Shown: in pieces, positions 1 through 10,785 of the stretch
Layout: the number at the start of each line of letters is the position of its first letter
Numbering within the stretch: the first letter of the stretch is position 1
Assembly: GCA_036266845.1 (NCBI GenBank)
Contig: DATAXI010000071.1
Location: 2,646-66,645, forward strand
From: Chthoniobacteraceae bacterium
GTDB taxonomy: Bacteria; Verrucomicrobiota; Verrucomicrobiia; Chthoniobacterales; Chthoniobacteraceae
DNA: 64,000 bases
Direction of reading: 5' to 3'
The notes under the pieces: model-generated
What the model was told of the DNA's origin: nothing
The model's input: the letters and a program-made list of their open reading frames with translations, nothing else
Databases searched by the model: none
Translations under genes and position numbers: made by a program

Positions 1-129
1 TCCGCGTAGGATTAAAAGGATTTTTCCCGCGCAGCCGCGCCCCCGCGCGCAGTGAAGAAGGGAACGCTTTACCTTTCTCCGGACGCTTACACGCTCTCAC
101 TTTTTCCCGCGTGGGAAATGAAACAACGC

Positions 130-1267
130 CTATACGTCGTCCGCCGCGCCCTTCTTGTTGGTCAGCCCGCGGAGCTTGCCGTGGATGAATTCGTCAATGT
201 CCCCGTCCATCACCGCCTGCACATTGCTCGTTTCCACGCCGGTCCGGTGATCCTTTACCATCTGGTAAGGCTGAAAGACATAGGAGCGGATCTGGCTGCC
301 CCAGGCGACGTCTCCCTTCTCCCCGTACTGCCGCTCGATGTCCGCCCGCTTCTTGTCCTGCTCTATCTGGTAGAGTTTCGCCTTCAATAACTTCATCGCC
401 AGTTCCCGGTTGCGGCCCTGGCTTCGCTCCGCCTGGCAGGCCACCACGATTCCCGTCGGCTTGTGCACCAGGCGCACCGCCGTCTCCACCTTGTTCACAT
501 TCTGCCCGCCCTTGCCGCCGCTGCGGAAGGTATCCAGCTCGATGTCCGCCGGATTGACCTCGATGGGCGCGTCGTCCGCCATCTCCGGCGTCACATCCAT
601 GCTGGCGAATGAGGTGTGCCGCCGCTTGTTGGCGTCGAATGGTGAAATGCGCACGAGCCGGTGCACGCCGCGCTCCGTCTGGAGGTAGCCGTAGGCGTAC
701 TCGCCATTCACCTGCAACGTCACGGACTTGATGCCCGCCTCGTCCCCCACCTGGATATCCACAATCTGCGACGCAAACCCATGCCGCTCGATCCATCGCT
801 GGTACATCCGCAGCAGCATATCCGCCCAATCGCACGATTCCGTGCCGCCCGCGCCCGAGTGAATGATGATAAACGCATTCGCCTTGTCGTACTCGCCGGC
901 CAGCAGGCTGCGCAGTTCGATCTCCTCCAGTTTCCTGAGCACATCCGCGTGCTCCTTCAGCACCTCTTCCGCCGCCGTCGCCTGCGCATCGGGATTCGTC
1001 TCTCCCAGCGCCAGCTCCTTGAGCACGCCCAGGTCTTCCGCCTGCCGCTCCAGGGCCTGGAAAGGGGTCACCTTTCCGCGCAGCGTCGAGACTTCCTCGA
1101 CCGACGCCTGCGCCTTTTCCTTGTTGTTCCAGAAATCGGAAGCGCTCATCGCCGCCTCGAGTTCCTCCAGCCGGGTCTTCAGTTTCGGGAGGTCAAAGAA
1201 ACCTCCGCAGTTCGCTCAGCCGGGCCTCGAGTGCGGGTACATCAACGGAAGAAAGATCGTGCGACAT
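130..1267 (-). CDS. prfB: peptide chain release factor 2, made by programmed +1 frameshift (frame 0: 1267..1196, then 1194..130)
   Basis: The 339-aa ORF has RF2 hallmarks (SPF, GGQ: [19 protein letters not shown]). Upstream a 24-codon [27 protein letters not shown] ends in CTT TGA C. Skipping T1195 continues in frame as [21 protein letters not shown] into the main ORF. Confidence 0.93.
1192..1206 (-). promoter_or_regulatory. RF2 autoregulatory +1 frameshift site (SD-like GGAGG, spacer TTT, slippery CTT, in-frame TGA followed by C)
   Basis: The minus strand reads cGGAGGTTTCTTTGAC, the same architecture as the classic prfB recoding site (internal SD, CUU UGA C). Confidence 0.88.
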
Positions 1268-1391
1268 GGAGCGCGCAATATAAGCGCCGCCCAATGGACT
1301 TGCACTTACTCTTTAACCGGAATTTGCCTTTTCCCCATTCTGTGTGTCCTCTTGACTCTTTTTCGCATATTCGGCTATTTGACTTCGGTAT

Positions 1392-1760
1392 ATGCACACC
1401 GGAGAGAGCAACCAAGGGAAGGATGGCAGAGGCGCAAGTTGGGTCACATGGACATCAGGCGCAATGATCGCTATCGTAGCGAACGGCATGGGTTTCCTGG
1501 AGGGAAACTGGGGTAAACAACGGCCTCAGCTTCGGGAGCCGCGCACTGCGCTGGTGGAAAAGGGGGACCGCACGGATTGGAGTGATTACCCGCCCAAAGG
1601 ATCGGAGCCCGCTTTGACGAAAGGTTCCAAAACGACCGGCCAGGTAGAAAATCTCGAAGACGCTCAGGAAAATCTCCAGCACGCCATGAAGGAAATTGCG
1701 CATGAATTGAAAGAGCAGAACGAACGGCCTCCGACTCCGACCCCGATTTCATCTCCGTAA
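1392..1760 (+). CDS. hypothetical protein (weak call, start uncertain)
   Basis: ORF only, in a lower-GC spacer between prfB and ftsB. No recognisable motif. Confidence 0.25.
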   Translation: MHTGESNQGKDGRGASWVTWTSGAMIAIVANGMGFLEGNWGKQRPQLREPRTALVEKGDRTDWSDYPPKGSEPALTKGSKTTGQVENLEDAQENLQHAMKEIAHELKEQNERPPTPTPISSP

Positions 1761-1820
1761 AAGCACGCCTGAACCTATTGACGATCCGGGATCAACCAGG
1801 ACCGAAAACTTGAAACGTCA

Positions 1821-2180
1821 TCACTGCGTCAGATGCATGTGCGATCCATCCGGCGTGGGCGAGGGGTCGATGCGGTAAATCGTCTCCCCGTTTTTCATCA
1901 TGTCCAGCCGGTCGCGCGCGATCGTCTCGATGTACGTCGGATCGTTGGTCAGCAATTCTCTCTCTCGCACATGTTGCGCAAGCTGGTCCTGCTCCTGGCC
2001 GACCTGCTTCTTCAGGTCATCCACATGCTCGGTGCCCTCGCGCGAGTCCTTCAGCAGCGGCACGAACGCGCATGCGATGAGCGTGGCCACTGTAAAAGCG
2101 ACCAGCGTCACCACGAGACGATTGAGCGAATGCCAGACGGTAGTCTGGCGGCGGGCTCGAAAATCGCCGTATTCTTCCAT
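1821..2180 (-). CDS. ftsB: septum formation initiator family protein (FtsB/DivIC-like)
   Basis: Single N-terminal TM segment, a coiled-coil stretch and the C-terminal DPTYIETIARDRLDMMKNGE motif. Lies directly downstream of eno, as is common. Confidence 0.75.
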   Translation of the reverse strand: MEEYGDFRARRQTTVWHSLNRLVVTLVAFTVATLIACAFVPLLKDSREGTEHVDDLKKQVGQEQDQLAQHVRERELLTNDPTYIETIARDRLDMMKNGETIYRIDPSPTPDGSHMHLTQ

Positions 2181-2205
2181 GCGGGGATGCGGTTACGCGA
2201 TTGCG

Positions 2206-3501
<1,296 letters not shown>

Positions 3502-3710
3502 TTATTTGAGAGAAAAAGGCGGGTTAATTGCCTAGAGGCGCGCTGCCGCGCTGGCAAACAAAAACGTGGCGAAGGCCAAGAACCGTTCGCCTTTTCGCAA
3601 CGGAATCAAACCAACGTTCCGCCGGAAGCAAGCTCCTGCCAATTCTCGATTCAGCTTTTCGCAGAGATGGGGAGCCGCAATCGAGCCCCTGTCCCGATCC
3701 GGTCAAAAAC

Positions 3711-5558
3711 TCACCGGACCGCGGCTGCCGCAGCGTTGTTATAGGCCTCGATGGAATCGATCTCCACCTTCTCCGTCCCATGCTCGGTAGGCAGATCGAC
3801 AATTTCGCCCACCTTTTTGGCGATCAGCGCCTGGCTCATCGCGCTCTGGTACGAGAGGATGCCTTTCTCCGCCTGGCCGTCCCATGCGCCGAGAATCGTG
3901 TAAGTCTGCGGCGCGCCGGTCTCCAGGTTGTGGAATGTCACAATGGTGCCAATGGAAACCTGCGAGGTTTCCGCATTGGAAAAGTCGGTGCCGCGGGCGC
4001 GGGAAAGCGCGGTCTCCGTCTCCGCGAGGCGCCGCTGAAGGACGCGCTGCATTTCCTTGGCCGCCTTGAACTCGAAGTTCTCGCGCAGATCCCCATAGGA
4101 GCGGGCAACCGCGATTTCCTTGATGTTCTCGGGAATCTTCTTTGTCTTGAGTTCCTCGCACTCCTCCTTCTTCCGCTCGAGGCTTTCCCAGGAGACGATG
4201 AGCGCCTCCTGTTTCTCGCCGGTGTCGCCTTCCAGCATCGCCTGCATTTCCGGATAAACCCGGACGATGCGGCCCAGCAGCGAGCGCTTGTTCAACTCCT
4301 CGAAGACCGGCGTCAGGAGCAGCTTGCGCAGCGTCTCGCGCACCACGCCCACTTCGGCGCCCGTGAGCAGATCGGGGATCAATTCGCGATCCTCCAGCAG
4401 CAGGTCGTGCATCCGTCCGCCGGGGCGGACAGCGGTCAACTGATCCCGCTCCAGCCCCGTCAGGATGGCGCTGAAAACTTCCGCGCTGATGAGATCGTTG
4501 AAGGTGCTTGTGTTTCGCTCCTTGCAAAGCCAGTACAGCACGTCGGAGCTGAGCGAGTGATCGCGGATGGAGCGGTCGATTTCCTTCTTGAGTTCGCCAT
4601 GGCGCTCCTGGTCCTGCAATAGCCGCGCGATCTCCGACACCACGCGCCCCGGGCTGCGCAGCAGCATCCGGATCGCCTTTTGCACCCATTCCTCGCCAAA
4701 TGCTTCCGGGAATGCCGCCAGCACCCGCTTCTGCTTTGCCGCACCGATTTCCGGGAGAATTTCCACCAGGTTTCTCTCCTCGTCCCGCAGCATCTGCGGC
4801 AGCGTCATCGAGCCCGGGCTCGGCTCGATCTTCGTGCGCTCGCAAATCTCGTTGCGCGCCAGCAGCAGCTCGAACGCGACCGGCGGGTTTAGCTTGAGGC
4901 TCTTGCGCGCCGCATTCTCGGTGGCCGTCACCACGGGGCGCAACGGCGCCGAATCGTTAAAACTGTCGAGGTTCTTGATGATGGCATCCAGCGCCAGCAA
5001 TTGGTCCTTGAGCTGCCGCGCCGCGGAAAATTGCTCCAGCACCTCGTTTTCCCGGGAGATGGCCTGTTCGCGCAGGACGATGGGCTCCCCCTTCTTCGTC
5101 GCCAGGGAAAAATAGCCGTCCTTCTTCAGCGCTTTTTTCGCGTTGTCCCACCAGCGCTTCCACTCCGTCTCGTTGAAAACCTCCGGCATCAGCGACCCCG
5201 AAACCTGATCCTGCGTCGCCTTGCCTCCAAAACTGTTGAGGATGGTCCGCATCACGCCGACCGGATCCTCCTTGGCGCGCGCTTTCAGGCCCGCCAGATC
5301 GGAGGCTTTCTGCGCCAGGATGTGCTCCGGCGGGATCGGCTGAAGCGACTCGGCGGCGTATTGGAGCTGCATCGTGTGCCCCTTCTTCGACTGGAAATCG
5401 ACGGTGATCTGGCTGACCAGGAAATTGACCGAGTCCACGCGTCCAAATCCCCAGCTTTTGTGAAGACAATAACTTCCGGGCATCAATTGCTGCAACGCAT
5501 GCCCGGCGTGGGAGGTAATTTTGCCGGAATCAACGGCTTTTTGGATTTCTGCATCCAT
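3711..5558 (-). CDS. long GreA/GreB-family transcription elongation factor-like protein
   Basis: The C-terminal ~150 aa match the GreA coiled-coil plus globular domain (ARSYGDLRENFEFKAAKE ... VSIGTIVTF ... ILSYQSAMSQALIAKKVGE). A ~450-aa N-terminal extension carries a CarD/KOW-like start (KSWGFGRVDSV). Confidence 0.7.
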   Translation of the reverse strand: MDAEIQKAVDSGKITSHAGHALQQLMPGSYCLHKSWGFGRVDSVNFLVSQITVDFQSKKGHTMQLQYAAESLQPIPPEHILAQKASDLAGLKARAKEDPVGVMRTILNSFGGKATQDQVSGSLMPEVFNETEWKRWWDNAKKALKKDGYFSLATKKGEPIVLREQAISRENEVLEQFSAARQLKDQLLALDAIIKNLDSFNDSAPLRPVVTATENAARKSLKLNPPVAFELLLARNEICERTKIEPSPGSMTLPQMLRDEERNLVEILPEIGAAKQKRVLAAFPEAFGEEWVQKAIRMLLRSPGRVVSEIARLLQDQERHGELKKEIDRSIRDHSLSSDVLYWLCKERNTSTFNDLISAEVFSAILTGLERDQLTAVRPGGRMHDLLLEDRELIPDLLTGAEVGVVRETLRKLLLTPVFEELNKRSLLGRIVRVYPEMQAMLEGDTGEKQEALIVSWESLERKKEECEELKTKKIPENIKEIAVARSYGDLRENFEFKAAKEMQRVLQRRLAETETALSRARGTDFSNAETSQVSIGTIVTFHNLETGAPQTYTILGAWDGQAEKGILSYQSAMSQALIAKKVGEIVDLPTEHGTEKVEIDSIEAYNNAAAAAVR

Positions 5559-5691
5559 AGGAGCCCTTCAAGATAGGGGAGGCGCCGAAACTTGACCATG
5601 GAAAAAATTTTCCGGCGCCCCCGGCGCGCCCGCGTTCCGCTTTTCGGGGATTGCAGCCGCGGCGCCTTTCCTGTGATTTATCCGGCGCGCC

Positions 5692-6630
5692 ATGCACACC
5701 GGCCTTACTTTCTGGATCGGGTTCCACGTCGCGGTGCTCCTGCTGCTGGCGCTGGACCTCTTTGTCCTCCGCCGCGGCGCGCGGGAAGTCTCGATGCGGG
5801 AAGCGGCGGTCTGGAGCGTCGTCTGGGTCGCGCTCTCCCTTGGGTTTTGCGCCTTTATCCACTTTGCCAAGGGGCCGGCCAAGGCGGTGGAATTTCTCAC
5901 CGGCTATGTGATCGAGTACTCCCTCAGCGCGGACAATCTTTTCCTCTTCGTCGTTATCTTTGGCTACTTCAAGGTGCCCCGCCAGCATCAGCACCGGGTA
6001 TTGCTCTGGGGCATCCTTGGCGCGCTGGCCATGCGCGGCGCGATGATTGGTCTCGGCGTTCAGCTCGTCGAACGCTTTCACTGGATTCTTTATGCCTTCG
6101 GCATCTTTCTGCTCGTGACCGGCGTGCGCATGTTTGCCCGGGGCGGCGAGCCGGCGCCGGGCGAAACCGCGGTCATCCGCGCCTGCCGCAAAATCCCGCG
6201 CGTGACGCCGGATTTTCACGGCTCCCGGTTCATCGCGCGCACCAGTCTCGGCTGGATGCTCACTCCGCTGGCCGTGGCGCTGGTGGTGATCGATGTGATG
6301 GACCTCCTCTTCGCCGTCGATTCCATTCCGGCCATCTTCGCGGTCACCACCGATCCCTTCATCGTCTATACCTCCAACGTCTGCGCCATCCTCGGCCTGC
6401 GTTCCCTCTACTTCGTCCTGGCCGGCGCGGCGCATCGTTTCGAATATCTCCACTACGGGCTCGCCGCCGTCCTGGTATTCATTGGCGCAAAGATGCTGCT
6501 CGCAAACGTGCTGCCCATTTCCAGCGCTCTCTCGCTGCTGATCGTTGCCCTCCTCCTCGGCGCTTCAATCGCTTACTCGGCCGCCGTTTTCAAACCGCCA
6601 GCGGCAGATTCGGGGAAATCTCCGCCGTAA
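5692..6630 (+). CDS. TerC/Alx family integral membrane protein
   Basis: Multi-TM protein with the TerC signature EYSLSADNLFLFVVIF and a second DSIPAIFAVTTDPFIVYTSN repeat. Confidence 0.88.
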   Translation: MHTGLTFWIGFHVAVLLLLALDLFVLRRGAREVSMREAAVWSVVWVALSLGFCAFIHFAKGPAKAVEFLTGYVIEYSLSADNLFLFVVIFGYFKVPRQHQHRVLLWGILGALAMRGAMIGLGVQLVERFHWILYAFGIFLLVTGVRMFARGGEPAPGETAVIRACRKIPRVTPDFHGSRFIARTSLGWMLTPLAVALVVIDVMDLLFAVDSIPAIFAVTTDPFIVYTSNVCAILGLRSLYFVLAGAAHRFEYLHYGLAAVLVFIGAKMLLANVLPISSALSLLIVALLLGASIAYSAAVFKPPAADSGKSPP

Positions 6631-7591
6631 GAGGCGAGCTTTCTCCGCGCTCGAGCCGCCCGGCGGCGACAAACGCGATCATCGCCGCGTTATCCGTGCA
6701 GAGCGCCGGCGCGGCGAGGCGCAATTCCAGCCCAGCCGCGGCGCATGCTTCCCCCAGCCGCTGCCGCAGCCGGCCATTGCAACTCACCCCGCCGCTCACC
6801 GCCACGAGACCGCCCCGGCAATGGCGCGCCGCCGCGATGGTCTTTGCCACCAGCACATCGGCAACCGCTTCCTGGAAAGAGGCGCACAGATCGTTCACTG
6901 TCTGCGGATTGGTTAAATCCACCTTGGGCAGCAGGTAGCGAACGGCCGTCTTCAATCCACTGAATGAAAAGGCGAAATCGCCGGAATCGATCATGCTGCG
7001 CGGCAGCGCAAAACGTGCGGCATCGCCGGAACGCGCCCGGTGCTCGATCTCCGGTCCGCCGGGGTAGGGGAGCCCGAGCAGCTTCGCCACCTTGTCAAAA
7101 GCTTCGCCCGCGGCATCGTCCCGCGTCTGGCCCAGCAGCCCGTAATGGCCCGGCCCGCGCACATCCACCAGCAGCGTGTGGCCGCCGCTCACCACCAGCG
7201 CCACGCACGGCTCGACCGGGCCGCCAAAGAATGGCGAGAGCAGATGCCCCTCGAGGTGATTGATCGCGAAAAACGGTTTCCGCATTCCCACCGCCATCCC
7301 CTTGGCTGCGCAGAAGCCAATCATCAGCGATGTCGCGAGCCCCGGCCCCGCCGTTGCCGCCAGCGCATCGATTTCCTCGAGTCCAATTCCCGCGCCCTTT
7401 AGCGTGCGGTTAATGAGCGGACGCAGCGCCATCAGGTGATTGCGTGAGGCCACCTCCGGCACCACGCCTCCAAAACGGTTGTGCAGCTCGATCTGGGACG
7501 CCACCTCGCCCGCCAGCAGCTCTCCCGGCGCGCGCAGCACGGCCACCGCCGTCTCGTCGCAGGAAGTCTCGATTGCCAGGACCACCGCCAT
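6590..7591 (-). CDS. tsaD: tRNA N6-adenosine threonylcarbamoyltransferase TsaD
   Basis: LAIETSCDETAVAVL N-terminus, a HLEGHLL metal site and GGVSCN. The start overlaps the ctp stop (TAATG). Confidence 0.93.
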   Translation of the reverse strand: MAVVLAIETSCDETAVAVLRAPGELLAGEVASQIELHNRFGGVVPEVASRNHLMALRPLINRTLKGAGIGLEEIDALAATAGPGLATSLMIGFCAAKGMAVGMRKPFFAINHLEGHLLSPFFGGPVEPCVALVVSGGHTLLVDVRGPGHYGLLGQTRDDAAGEAFDKVAKLLGLPYPGGPEIEHRARSGDAARFALPRSMIDSGDFAFSFSGLKTAVRYLLPKVDLTNPQTVNDLCASFQEAVADVLVAKTIAAARHCRGGLVAVSGGVSCNGRLRQRLGEACAAAGLELRLAAPALCTDNAAMIAFVAAGRLERGESSPLTAEISPNLPLAV

Positions 7592-8961
7592 TATTGGACG
7601 GTCGCCGTATCCTGCTTGCGCCCTTTGAGGGAGGCTGTCTTCTGCCCGGTCCGCTCCGCGTAGATCATTACGCCCTTCAGCGCGTCCACCGCGCGGTCCA
7701 GTTGCGGATCGTGGAATCCGGCCAGGTCCTTCTGGTCGTCATCGCTCAGCATATCATCGCGGCGGGAGAGCAGCAGCAGCCGCTCCTCCTCCGGGGTCAG
7801 CGTCGCGTAAATATTCGGCGTCACGCCATGCTCATGGATCACCTGGTGGCTCGGAGTGTAATACTTCGCGGTCGTCAGCCGCATTGCGGAGCCGTCCGGC
7901 AGTTGCAGCACGCTCTGCACGGACCCTTTGCCAAAGCTCGTCTCGCCCACCAGGATCGCACGGCCCAGGTCCTTCAACGCGCCGGCCACGATCTCCGCCC
8001 CGCTCGCGCTGCTCCCGTTGATGAGAATCGCAATCGGGTACGGCGGACGCTCCTTGCCGGTATCGGAGGTCCAGTAATTGCGCTTTTGCGACGGCATCCG
8101 TCCCTCCGTGGAAACGACCATCGTATGCGGCGGCAGAAATTGCCCGCAGACATCCACCGCGCTGTTCAGGAGCCCGCCGGGATTGTACCGCAGATCGATC
8201 ACCAGCGCCTGCATTCCCTGCGCCTCCAGTTCATCCAGCTTCTTGCCCAGGTCAGCCGCCGTCGGCTCGTTAAATTGCGTGATTCGCACATAGCCCACCT
8301 TGAAATCGCCCGCGATTTCCGGCCCCAGGATGTGCGCATCCTTCACGCTGGGCACCTTGATGATTTCCCGCTCCATCGTGAAATCCTTGATCTCCTTGGT
8401 CGAGGGCCGGAGGATTGTCAGCGTCACCTTCTGGCCGGGGTCGCCGCGCAGTTTCCCGATCGCGTCGTTCAGGTCCATCTTGTCCGCGGAGATGCCGTCG
8501 ATCTTTAGAATCTGATCGCCCGGCAACAGCCCGGCCTTGAAGCCCGGGGCATCCTCCATCGGCGAGACAATCACCAGATTCCCATCCTTCGCGGAGACCA
8601 CCACGCCAAGCCCGCCAAACTGGCTTTTGGTATCATCCTGCATCCCCTTGAAGTCCGCCGGATCCATGAACTGGCTGTGCGGATCCAGCGTCGCCATCAT
8701 CCCCTTCATCGCCCCATACGTCAGGTCGTGGAAGGAAACCTTCTTCTCATCCACATAATCCTGCCGGATCAGCTCGAGCGCCCGGGTAAATACGGAAATA
8801 TTCGTGTATGCGGAATCATCCTCCGAAGCCGTTCCCGAGGTCTGCGGCTGATCGGCGGGGAGTGCCTGCCCAGGGGCGTCCTGCGCACGGGCAAGCCCGA
8901 AAAGAGAAATCCCCGCAAGGAGTCCGGCGCGCCCCAAGTGCCCTAAAAACCGCAATGTCAT
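7591..8961 (-). CDS. ctpA: S41 family C-terminal processing peptidase (PDZ domain)
   Basis: Signal peptide, PDZ segment (GDQILKIDG) and catalytic region (INGSSASGAEIVAGAL ... GETSFGKGSVQ). Confidence 0.88.
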   Translation of the reverse strand: MTLRFLGHLGRAGLLAGISLFGLARAQDAPGQALPADQPQTSGTASEDDSAYTNISVFTRALELIRQDYVDEKKVSFHDLTYGAMKGMMATLDPHSQFMDPADFKGMQDDTKSQFGGLGVVVSAKDGNLVIVSPMEDAPGFKAGLLPGDQILKIDGISADKMDLNDAIGKLRGDPGQKVTLTILRPSTKEIKDFTMEREIIKVPSVKDAHILGPEIAGDFKVGYVRITQFNEPTAADLGKKLDELEAQGMQALVIDLRYNPGGLLNSAVDVCGQFLPPHTMVVSTEGRMPSQKRNYWTSDTGKERPPYPIAILINGSSASGAEIVAGALKDLGRAILVGETSFGKGSVQSVLQLPDGSAMRLTTAKYYTPSHQVIHEHGVTPNIYATLTPEEERLLLLSRRDDMLSDDDQKDLAGFHDPQLDRAVDALKGVMIYAERTGQKTASLKGRKQDTATVQ

Positions 8962-9011
8962 GAGGCGGACAGTACCACTCCCTTTGGCTTTTGCATTGAT
9001 TTTTCTTGACC

Positions 9012-9044
9012 CTGCCTTCCCCGGATTTGGACCGGGAAAGGCAG
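9012..9044 (-). terminator. 13-bp-stem hairpin downstream of the 9071 gene (no U-tract)
   Basis: CTGCCTTCCCCGG / CCGGGAAAGGCAG inverted repeat with one mismatch. Lies between the stop of 9071..9820 and the start of ctp. Confidence 0.3.
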
Positions 9045-9070
9045 TTGGATCGCTGCCGTGGAACCTGTGA

Positions 9071-9820
9071 TTACAGGCCCATCGACTGGAGCAGCGGCCC
9101 GTTGATGGCGCCGGTTACCGGCAGGCCGTTATCCTGCTGGTAGGCGGCGATGGCGTTGCTGGTGACCGGTCCCACGATGCCGTCAATCGGCCCTTCGTAA
9201 TAACCGTCATGCTCAAGATCCTGCTGCACCTGCACGGCCAGCGAGTCCGAGTTATACCCGGGCCCGTAATAATAACCGGCCGCGAACGGGTACAGGTCGA
9301 GCATATACCATCCGTTGCCGTACCACCGGTAATGGTGTCCATGCCAATAGTACTCATGGCCATGGTTCCATCCCGCGTGGGACGCAAACGCATAGGTCCC
9401 ATGGTTATTTCCGCCGTTGCGCGTGCCCGAGTAACGGGAACTGCCGCCAAAGGCGATGTTGTTCCGGCCACGATGCGCATTGGCAACGAGACTGGCCCGG
9501 TTGATGTGATGGGATCGGTTGACGCGGCCGGCCCGCCCCGAGTTTGCGGCTGTGTAAGTGCGCGCGCGCACATTGCCGCGGCGCGCAATTCGCGTCGCAT
9601 GGAATGAACGGTGCACGCTCACGTGCCGCGAGGCGGTGCGGAAATGCCGGCTGCCACGATGCGAGGACGCAACGGCATGGTGCCGGCCACCGCTATGATG
9701 GGCAGCCGCGACCGCATGGTGGCCGCCGCCGCCCCCGCGTTTCCCCCCGTGTGCAAAGGCAGGCTGGCTGATCAGTATCGCTACAGCCAACGCCAGCCCG
9801 GTAATCAATTTCGTTTTCAT
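9071..9820 (-). CDS. secreted His/Arg/Gly-rich protein with C-terminal peptidoglycan-binding (PG_binding_1-like) domain
   Basis: Signal peptide MKTKLITGLALAVAILISQPAFA. C-terminus DGYYEGPIDGIVGPVTSNAIAAYQQDNGLPVTG. Shares the YAFASHxGWxxGHxYxWHGHHYxWYxNGW motif with the neighbouring gene. Confidence 0.8.
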   Translation of the reverse strand: MKTKLITGLALAVAILISQPAFAHGGKRGGGGGHHAVAAAHHSGGRHHAVASSHRGSRHFRTASRHVSVHRSFHATRIARRGNVRARTYTAANSGRAGRVNRSHHINRASLVANAHRGRNNIAFGGSSRYSGTRNGGNNHGTYAFASHAGWNHGHEYYWHGHHYRWYGNGWYMLDLYPFAAGYYYGPGYNSDSLAVQVQQDLEHDGYYEGPIDGIVGPVTSNAIAAYQQDNGLPVTGAINGPLLQSMGL

Positions 9821-9882
9821 AATACTTATCTTAAATTGATTCGCGACCCGGGCGGCATTAGGACTCCCCCAAAGGGGAAAGC

Positions 9883-10551
9883 CTAATTCAGGTCCAGCGC
9901 GTCCATCAGCCTGCCGTTAACGGTCCCCGTCACGTGCAAGTTGTTGTCGCGCTGATAGGAGGATATCGCTCCTCGCGTGTTGGGGCCCATAATCCCATCG
10001 ATAGCCCCGCGGTAATAACCCATCCGCGCCAGTGCCTGCTGCACCTGCGCCGTGGGCGAGCCCGCGTCCGCATTATCATCTGGCGGCGGCGGCGCAGCCT
10101 GGTAATTGTCCGGATACCCGTAAGAGGGATAACTGTAGTAGTAATACGGATCGTAGCCCGCGTAGGGGTCGATGATAAACCAGCCATTGTTGTACCAGCC
10201 ATAATGGTGGCCATGCCAAAAGTAGTTGTGTCCGGCGCTCCAGCCCGGATGGGAGGCAAAGGCATAAGTGTAGTGCGAATTGCCTCCGCCTGAAGTGTAT
10301 CCATGGCCATGCGAAGAGCCGCCGCTGTAATTATAACTGGGAGAGCCGCGGTAGGCGCCGCGTCCCGCATATCCCCCGTATGCCGCGGAGGCGCGCACAT
10401 TCGAGCCGCGCGCCGGCGCATTCCCGCCGCCGCGGGCCGAATACGAAGGCGAACCCTGCGAATTTTTTCCATTTTGGTTATCCGCAGAAACAGGGCCTCC
10501 GGCCAGCAGGGCGAGAGCCAGCGTCAATGCGGGGATCAGGGTCGTTCTCAT
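9883..10551 (-). CDS. secreted Gly/Ser/Tyr-rich protein with C-terminal peptidoglycan-binding domain (paralog of 9071..9820)
   Basis: Start placed at the ATG (10551) giving signal peptide MRTTLIPALTLALALLAGGPVSA; the track ORF extends to 10722. Same aromatic/His motif and a MGYYRGAIDGIMGPNTRGAISSYQRDNNLHVTG C-terminus. Confidence 0.78.
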   Translation of the reverse strand: MRTTLIPALTLALALLAGGPVSADNQNGKNSQGSPSYSARGGGNAPARGSNVRASAAYGGYAGRGAYRGSPSYNYSGGSSHGHGYTSGGGNSHYTYAFASHPGWSAGHNYFWHGHHYGWYNNGWFIIDPYAGYDPYYYYSYPSYGYPDNYQAAPPPPDDNADAGSPTAQVQQALARMGYYRGAIDGIMGPNTRGAISSYQRDNNLHVTGTVNGRLMDALDLN

Positions 10552-10785
10552 GGGCAGATTTATTAGCGTCATTCCATTCGACGGCAAATCCGGAAAACGA
10601 TTCAATTTCAATCGGGGTCGAGGGAAGGGGAGCGATTCGTAGAAATACGCCCTCCCCGATTGGCGATGATTGGTTGATTTTTTGCCGGGAGCGCGAGTTT
10701 TCGGCTCGCTTCCGGCAGGCATCTTGCCCGAATGGCCCTCAGAGCCTCGCGTGATCCCGAAGGAGAATCCTCGCGCGGGAAGAAA

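Noticed and set aside
6590-6630. 41-bp convergent overlap between the TerC and tsaD 3' ends
   Set aside because: Both C-termini are plausible, and convergent overlaps of this size occur in compact genomes. Nothing indicates a special function.
10552-10722. N-terminal 57-aa extension of the second PG-binding protein ORF
   Set aside because: The extension is basic, Pro-rich and non-signal-like. The internal ATG at 10551 gives a canonical signal peptide matching the paralog.
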